From an uncultured Verrucomicrobiae bacterium (GTDB lineage: Bacteria > Verrucomicrobiota > Verrucomicrobiia > Limisphaerales > Palsa-1400): a stretch of 64,000 bases of DNA. This document shows, in pieces, positions 58,688 through 64,000 of the stretch. A program made the position numbers and the translations under genes. The notes below the pieces were generated by a model. The model saw only the letters and a list, made by a program, of their open reading frames with translations. It ran no database searches and was not told the DNA's origin. How positions within the stretch are numbered: the stretch's first letter is position 1; every line of letters starts with the position of its first letter. The stretch spans positions 256,001-320,000 of the forward strand of contig CAVPOM010000004.1 of NCBI GenBank assembly GCA_963707025.1. Direction: 5' to 3'.

Positions 58688-60012
58688 ATGAATCCTCCGA
58701 CTTTCAGGCCGGCGCTCCGGCAATTTTTGACTGTGCTGATCCTGCTGGCCGCTGCGTCCAGGACGCCGGCGGCCGAGGGCGGCTATGTCCGCTTCCTGCC
58801 CAACGATGGCAACAATGTCTATCCCGCCAGCGGCCTGCTCCGGCAGTGGCCCGCCGCCGGCCCCAAGGAACTCTGGCGCGCCACCCTCGGCCCGGGCAAG
58901 AGCGCGGTGATCGAAGCCGCCGGACGCGCTTTCACCGCCGCGCAGACGGAGGGAAAGCAATGGGCTTTCTGCCTCGATCCCGCCACCGGCAAAACCCTCT
59001 GGCGGACCCTGCTGGCCACCAACGAGAACCACCACCAGGTCGAAGGGCCGGTCACCTCGCCGGTCGTGGATGGCGACCGTGTTTATTGCGTCCCCTACGT
59101 AAACGACAACGGCGATATTTACAAGCTTCGCTGCCCGGTGCTCTGCCTGCGGGCCGGCGATGGCCAGGTGCTATGGAGAAGTGGGGATAATTTTGTCGCC
59201 ACCGAAGGCTCCACGCCCCTGATCGTGGGCAACACGCTCTATATCTCCTCCAGCTTCCGCGAATGCGTTCTCGTGGCGGTGGATAAGATGACCGGCCAAG
59301 TCCTTTGGGAAACCCCCGAGCCGCCGATGCGGGCCAGAAGGCCGTTTATGGCGCCGGCTCTTCTCTGACTTATCAGGTGGTCGAGGGCATTCCCCAGATT
59401 ATCGTCAGCATTTACCGCAACGACAACATGGGCGTGAACGCCCTGACCGGGGCAATCCTCTGGCACTGGCAGCTTCCGACGCCGGTTTCCTCCGGCATGG
59501 TCAGCACGCCGGTGGCGGTCGGTTCGCGGCTTTTTATGTCGGGCTTCCAGTCCCCCGGCTCGTGGGGCATCTGCCTGGACATGCAGGTCAAGGACGGGAA
59601 GATCGAGCCGGTGATCCGCACCCAGAGCAAGCTGCTGCAATGCAACGCCTATCACACCGTTTCAATTGTTGACGGCGCCGTTTATGGCTTTGGCATGGGC
59701 GCCGAACAGGAAAGCCTGCAATGCACCGACTTGGAAACCGGCGCGCTCCTTTGGGAGCAGGCCGGCCCCGACTGGAGCCGCAAAGGCAACCTCACCGTGG
59801 CCGACGGCCTGATTTTCGCTCTGACGAAAAAGGGCGAGCTGGTGCTGGCCGAGGCCAACAAGACCGGATACAAGGAGTTGGGCAGGGTCAACCCCGGCAT
59901 CCGCCTGGCCATCCCCCAGCAACAACCGACCCTCTTTAACGGCCGCCTCTACCTCCGCGGCAACGACACCGTCGTTTGCTACCAAGTCGCCGCCGCTTCC
60001 CCCGCCAAATAA
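58688..60012 (+). CDS. PQQ-like (BamB-type) beta-propeller protein (frameshift in C run near 59314-59318)
   Basis: WP..GPKELWR, CLD..TGK.LW, STP repeats; continues in frame 59305-60012 to NGRLYLR. Confidence 0.82.
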
Positions 60013-60027
60013 CGACGGGACACAGTC

Positions 60028-60060
60028 GGATTAGGATTAAGATTAAGATTAGGATTAAGA
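60028..60060. repeat. GATTA(A/G) hexamer tandem array
   Basis: GGATTAGGATTAAGATTAAGATTAGGATTAAGA, the same motif as inside 13636-13778. Confidence 0.7.
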
Positions 60061-60153
60061 ATTGGCTCCGGCCCGATGAAGCGGAAGGGACAGGGCACCG
60101 GCCAGCGCGGAGGCCATTGACCAGGGCGGGCCTGATGATACCTTGGCGGCACG

Positions 60154-60774
60154 GTGATCGCTCTCATTGACTACGATTCAGGCAATTTGCGCAGCGTGCA
60201 GAAAGCGCTGCTCAAGGCCGGCGGCGACGTGCGCCTCGCCCGCCGCCCGGAGGAAATCGCCCCGGCCCGCGCCGTGGTGCTGCCCGGCGTGGGGGCCTTC
60301 GACGATTGCCTCCACGCCCTGCAACAGCAGGAAGTGCTGGGCGCGATCCGGGAATTTATCCGCAGCGGGCGGCCCTTTCTGGGGATTTGCGTCGGCTATC
60401 AGGCGCTGTTTGAGCGCAGCGAGGAATTCGCCAGTTGCGCCGCCGGGCTGGGCATTTTTGGCGGCAAGGTGGTACGATTCGCCGAGCAGCCGGGCCTGAA
60501 GATTCCGCAAATCGGCTGGAACCAGATTGACATCACCCGCCCCGACTGTCCGCTCTACCGCGGCATTGACCCGGGCAGCTACGTTTATTTCGTCCACAGC
60601 TTTTTCCCGCGGCCGTTGGACCGGTCCATCATTGCGACCGAGACGGCTTATGGAGAAACGTTCGCGTCCTCGGTCTGGCGGGACAACGTGTTTGCCACGC
60701 AGTTTCATCCCGAAAAGAGCCAGAAGGTGGGCTTGCAACTGCTCAGGAATTTTGTCGGCCTGGCGGAGGTTTAG
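60154..60774 (+). CDS. hisH: Imidazole glycerol phosphate synthase glutamine amidotransferase subunit
   Basis: DY..GNLRSV, LPGVGAF, LGICVG.Q, PQIGWN, YFVHS, QFHPEKS. Confidence 0.96.
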   Translation: MIALIDYDSGNLRSVQKALLKAGGDVRLARRPEEIAPARAVVLPGVGAFDDCLHALQQQEVLGAIREFIRSGRPFLGICVGYQALFERSEEFASCAAGLGIFGGKVVRFAEQPGLKIPQIGWNQIDITRPDCPLYRGIDPGSYVYFVHSFFPRPLDRSIIATETAYGETFASSVWRDNVFATQFHPEKSQKVGLQLLRNFVGLAEV

Positions 60775-60884
60775 GCCTGGAAGTTCCGCGTCAGGCCGCC
60801 CAAACGGTGACCAAACCGCCGCCCGCCCCGATTATTTTTCAGAATTTTCCGCTTTAAACTTTCCACTTTGCTCTTATAGTTGCC

Positions 60885-61778
60885 ATGATGTTGAAAGAAC
60901 CGCTGCTGCAATTGGATTTGCCCGGAGTGAACAAGGTGAAGAGCGGCAAGGTCCGGGAGATTTTTGATCTGGGCGACCGGCTGCTCATTGTCGCCACCGA
61001 CCGCATTTCGGCTTTTGATTGCGTGATGCCCAACGGCATACCGCGCAAAGGCGAGGTGTTGACGCAACTGTCCTATTTTTGGTTCGATCTGCTCTCCCCG
61101 CTGGTGGCCAACCACCTGGCGGCGCGCGCCGCCGAGCCGCTGCCGCCGGAATTGCAGAAGTTTTCCGAGGCGCTGGCCCGCCGCAGCATGCTGGTGAAAA
61201 AGGCCCAACCGCTGGCCATTGAGTGTGTGGTGCGCGGTTACCTCACCGGGTCGGGCTGGAAGGATTATCAGAAAACCGGTTGTGTTTGCGGGATTAAACT
61301 GCCCACCGCGCTGCAGGATTCCTGCCGCCTGCCCGCCCCGGTTTTCACGCCGGCGACCAAGGCGGCCAGCGGCCATGACGAAAACATTTCCTTCGAGGCG
61401 GCCTGCCGCATTGTCGGGGCGGACGTGGCGGAGAAGGTGCGCGATCTGACGCTGAAAGTCTATTGTTTCGCCGCCGATTTCGCCTTGAAACGCGGCATCA
61501 TTATTGCCGACACCAAGCTCGAATTTGGCCTGCACGACGGCAATTTGATTCTGATTGATGAAGTCCTCACGCCGGACTCCTCGCGCTTCTGGCCGGCCGA
61601 CCAGTATGAGCCGGGCCGCAGCCAGCCCAGTTTCGACAAGCAGTTTGTGCGCGATTATTTGGAAACCCTTTCCTGGAACAAACAGCCCCCCGCGCCCGCC
61701 CTGCCCCAGGCGGTGGTGGCCAAAACGACGGAGAAATACCTGGAGGCCTTCCAACGGCTGACCGGAAAGGCGCTATGA
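60885..61778 (+). CDS. purC: SAICAR synthase
   Basis: [53 protein letters not shown]. Confidence 0.97.
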   Translation: MMLKEPLLQLDLPGVNKVKSGKVREIFDLGDRLLIVATDRISAFDCVMPNGIPRKGEVLTQLSYFWFDLLSPLVANHLAARAAEPLPPELQKFSEALARRSMLVKKAQPLAIECVVRGYLTGSGWKDYQKTGCVCGIKLPTALQDSCRLPAPVFTPATKAASGHDENISFEAACRIVGADVAEKVRDLTLKVYCFAADFALKRGIIIADTKLEFGLHDGNLILIDEVLTPDSSRFWPADQYEPGRSQPSFDKQFVRDYLETLSWNKQPPAPALPQAVVAKTTEKYLEAFQRLTGKAL

Positions 61779-61909
61779 GCCGCGCGCCAGCCGGTCTGGA
61801 GTGCGGGAGCTTGCTCCCGCTTTCCGATGGCGGCGGCCAGCCGACGCGCTCCAAACCCCTCCCATTTCGGTGCCGCGCAAAATAAGCCGGCCTTGAGGCG
61901 GGCGCCGCC

Positions 61910-62830
61910 ATGCAAAATCTGGTCGAAGATTTTTTGTCCTATTTGCGCCATGAGAAGGGTTGCTCGCCGCAAACCCAAAAAACCTACGCCGCCCTGCTGC
62001 GGAATTTCACCGCCTGGGCCGCACGGCAAGGTTTGCAGGATTGGACGCAGGTGACCTTGCGCCATCTCATGGCCTTCATGGAGCAGGAGCGGACGCGCGC
62101 CCTGAAGGACGCGCCGCCCGACTCCGGGAAAAAACTCAGTTCGGAAAGCATTTACCTGCAAATCGCCGCGTTGCGCGCCTTCTATTCCTTCGCGGAGGGG
62201 GAGAAGCACCTGGGGCAAAACATCGCCGAAAACCTGTCCTTCCCGCGGCGGTGGCAGCGGCTGCCCAAATGGCTTTCCGATGCCGAAATTGAGCAACTGC
62301 TCAAACCGGAAACGGCCGCCGACCCGCGCGCCCTCTGCGACCAGGCGGTGCTGGAACTGGCCTACGCCTCCGGTTTGCGCCTGGCGGAATTGCGCGGCAT
62401 CCGCCTGGAGCAACTCCATCTGGAGGCGGGCTTCGTCACGGTCATTGGCAAAGGCAACAAGGAGCGCGTCGTGCCGCTGGGCCGCCAGGCGGTGGCCGCC
62501 ATCCGGCGTTATTTGGAGGCGGGCCGCCCGAAATTGGTGACCGCGAAGTCCCCGGCCAGTCTGTTCCTCACCCGGCGCGGCACGCCCTTTGCGGCGGTGA
62601 CGATGTGGCAGCGCATCAAGCGGCACGCCGCGCGGGCGGGCCTCGGGCGGAACATCACCCCCCACATGCTGCGCCACAGTTTTGCCACTCACTTGCTGGA
62701 ACACGGCGCGGACCTTCGCGTCATCCAGGAACTCCTCGGCCACGCCAGCATCAGCACCACCGAGGTTTATACCCATCTGGACGGCCGGCGTTTGCGCGAT
62801 GTCCACCGCAAATTCCACCCGCGCGGGTGA
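61910..62830 (+). CDS. xerD: Chromosomal tyrosine recombinase XerD/XerC
   Basis: LPK.L, ELAYASGLRLAEL, GKGNKER.VP, TPHMLRHSFATHLL..GADLRVIQELLGHASISTTEVYTH, HPR. Confidence 0.85.
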   Translation: MQNLVEDFLSYLRHEKGCSPQTQKTYAALLRNFTAWAARQGLQDWTQVTLRHLMAFMEQERTRALKDAPPDSGKKLSSESIYLQIAALRAFYSFAEGEKHLGQNIAENLSFPRRWQRLPKWLSDAEIEQLLKPETAADPRALCDQAVLELAYASGLRLAELRGIRLEQLHLEAGFVTVIGKGNKERVVPLGRQAVAAIRRYLEAGRPKLVTAKSPASLFLTRRGTPFAAVTMWQRIKRHAARAGLGRNITPHMLRHSFATHLLEHGADLRVIQELLGHASISTTEVYTHLDGRRLRDVHRKFHPRG

Positions 62831-62832
62831 AT

Positions 62833-63069
62833 TCAGCCCGCCCGACGGACGCAGAGAACTTCATCCACACGCAATGCCTCCAAGGCCCAGGCCGGCAAAG
62901 CAGTGACTTTGAACGTGTCACCCAAGGCATTGAGCACCTCCACGGCATAGCCGGGCGTTCCATCGGGAGCCTGGCATTCATCCACCAACTTTACAACATC
63001 GCCACGCCGCAAGCCCTGTTCGGGCAAATCGCAGCTTAATGCGGCTTCGGTGTAAAGTGGCAGCGTCAT
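62833..63069 (-). CDS. DUF4926-like small protein
   Basis: AL..DLPE.GLRRGDV..LVD........GY.VEV.NALG.T. Confidence 0.75.
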   Translation of the reverse strand: MTLPLYTEAALSCDLPEQGLRRGDVVKLVDECQAPDGTPGYAVEVLNALGDTFKVTALPAWALEALRVDEVLCVRRAG

Positions 63070-63112
63070 AACAACGTCTTCTTGTCCGGCAACAAGGTAA
63101 CAAAGCGGGTGC

Positions 63113-63395
63113 TTATGCTCGGCTGACCGCTCGTCCTGTGAATTCAACTCTCCCCCTCTTTAGCAAAAAATACGGCAGTTTTCTGGTGAAAGTCCGCTTT
63201 GAGCGAAGTTGCCAGTCCTAACTTGCTAATGCCATCAAGTTTCTCCATCAGCTTTGAGAAGCTGATGAAGCCGCAGACGTTGGCCAGCGGCTTTTCTCGC
63301 AGAGCGAATGTCGGGCGCAGTATTTCTTGCTCAACTTTATCCTGGCGCTCGTCAGGGGCAACGAGGAAAAGACTGATTTCAAGGTTTGGTTGAAG
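63113..63395 (-). pseudogene. Orphan C-terminal fragment of an uncharacterised, possibly nuclease-like protein
   Basis: My translation: LQPNLEISLFLVAPDERQDKVEQEILRPTFALREKPLANVCGFISFSKL...; no start codon seen. Confidence 0.5.
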
Positions 63396-63452
63396 GCGAG
63401 TCCCTGGCCATTCCGTAATTGTTTTGTGATTCCGCTATGCTAAACTTTGCCT

Positions 63453-63686
63453 ATGAGCACACTCCTTGAGATTAAAGCGGCCACGGAGGCGCTGCCGCCG
63501 GAGCAAAAAGAGGAATTATTCCGCTTTCTTGCCTCCCGTCTGCGGCCTGCCCGCTCGGCAGCCTCGGCCCCGCCAGGTGCCCGACTCGTCACCGGACCCA
63601 GCGGCACATTGCTGCTGGAAGCTCCTCCCGGCTCTCCGCCCATGACCACCCAAATGGTCAAGCAATTGCTTGAGGATTTCCCATGA
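63453..63686 (+). CDS. Antitoxin-like small protein upstream of PIN toxin
   Basis: MSTLLEIKAATEALPPEQKEELFRFL; ATGA overlap with the toxin. Confidence 0.65.
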   Translation: MSTLLEIKAATEALPPEQKEELFRFLASRLRPARSAASAPPGARLVTGPSGTLLLEAPPGSPPMTTQMVKQLLEDFP

Positions 63687-64000
63687 CCGGTTGGCTGCTG
63701 GATGTCAACGAGCTGCTGGGCTGCGGTTGGAAAAGCCACGTGAATCATGACGCTCTGATGAGGTGGCTCTTGCAGATAAATGAGTGGGCGACATGCCCCC
63801 TCTCCGAATCCGGCTTTCTGCGCATCAGCATGACAACGGCATATCGGGCAAACTTTGAGGACGCGCGAAAAACGCTCTCGACTTTGCGCGCCCTGCCTGG
63901 TCACCGCTTCCTTGCCGATGATGTTGCTGTCGCTTCGCTTCCGATTCTATTGAGCTACAAGGACACGACCGATGCTCATCTCGTCACCTTGGCGAAACGG
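63683..64000 (+). CDS. VapC/PIN-domain toxin (runs off the window end)
   Basis: My translation: MTGWLLDVNELL...H..H...WATCPLSESGFLRIS...TDAHLVTLA. Confidence 0.85.
   Translation, partial: MTGWLLDVNELLGCGWKSHVNHDALMRWLLQINEWATCPLSESGFLRISMTTAYRANFEDARKTLSTLRALPGHRFLADDVAVASLPILLSYKDTTDAHLVTLAKR

Noticed and set aside
61910..62830. Second island or integron integrase
   Set aside because: Has canonical Xer motifs, follows purC, lacks the IntI insertion, and no attC or att repeats were seen.

Overview
GC-rich bacterial chromosomal segment. The gene content, REP-type repeats and Thr/Asn-rich surface proteins suggest a Verrucomicrobia (Pedosphaera/Limisphaerales-like) genome; this is inference. 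Housekeeping blocks are mog-moaC-panB-rfaE-thiG, nrdJ with tandem NrdR boxes, der, three CNNM/CorC genes, ilvD and hisH-purC-xerD, interleaved with sugar ABC and Tat-oxidoreductase genes. The most notable structure is a ~10.7 kb element integrated in the 3' end of tmRNA (ssrA), bounded by 29-bp att repeats at 25547-25575 and 36284-36312. It has integrase arm-type repeats, two divergent Xis-like HTH genes, an initiator with internal iterons and a Nu1-like small terminase, but no recognisable capsid, portal, tail or TerL gene, so it looks like a PICI-like phage satellite. Also present: a two-gene IS4-like element inserted into a REP hairpin; two near-identical copies of a second IS4; several MITE-like shells enclosing REP doublets; a cluster of secreted proteins (di-heme beta-propeller, pentapeptide repeat, BspA-LRR, IgGFc-binding) sharing a short module ending in [FY]YR; and decayed toxin-antitoxin loci. 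Several single-base frameshifts, mostly in homopolymers, look like sequencing errors. No CRISPR array, rRNA or tRNA gene was seen.
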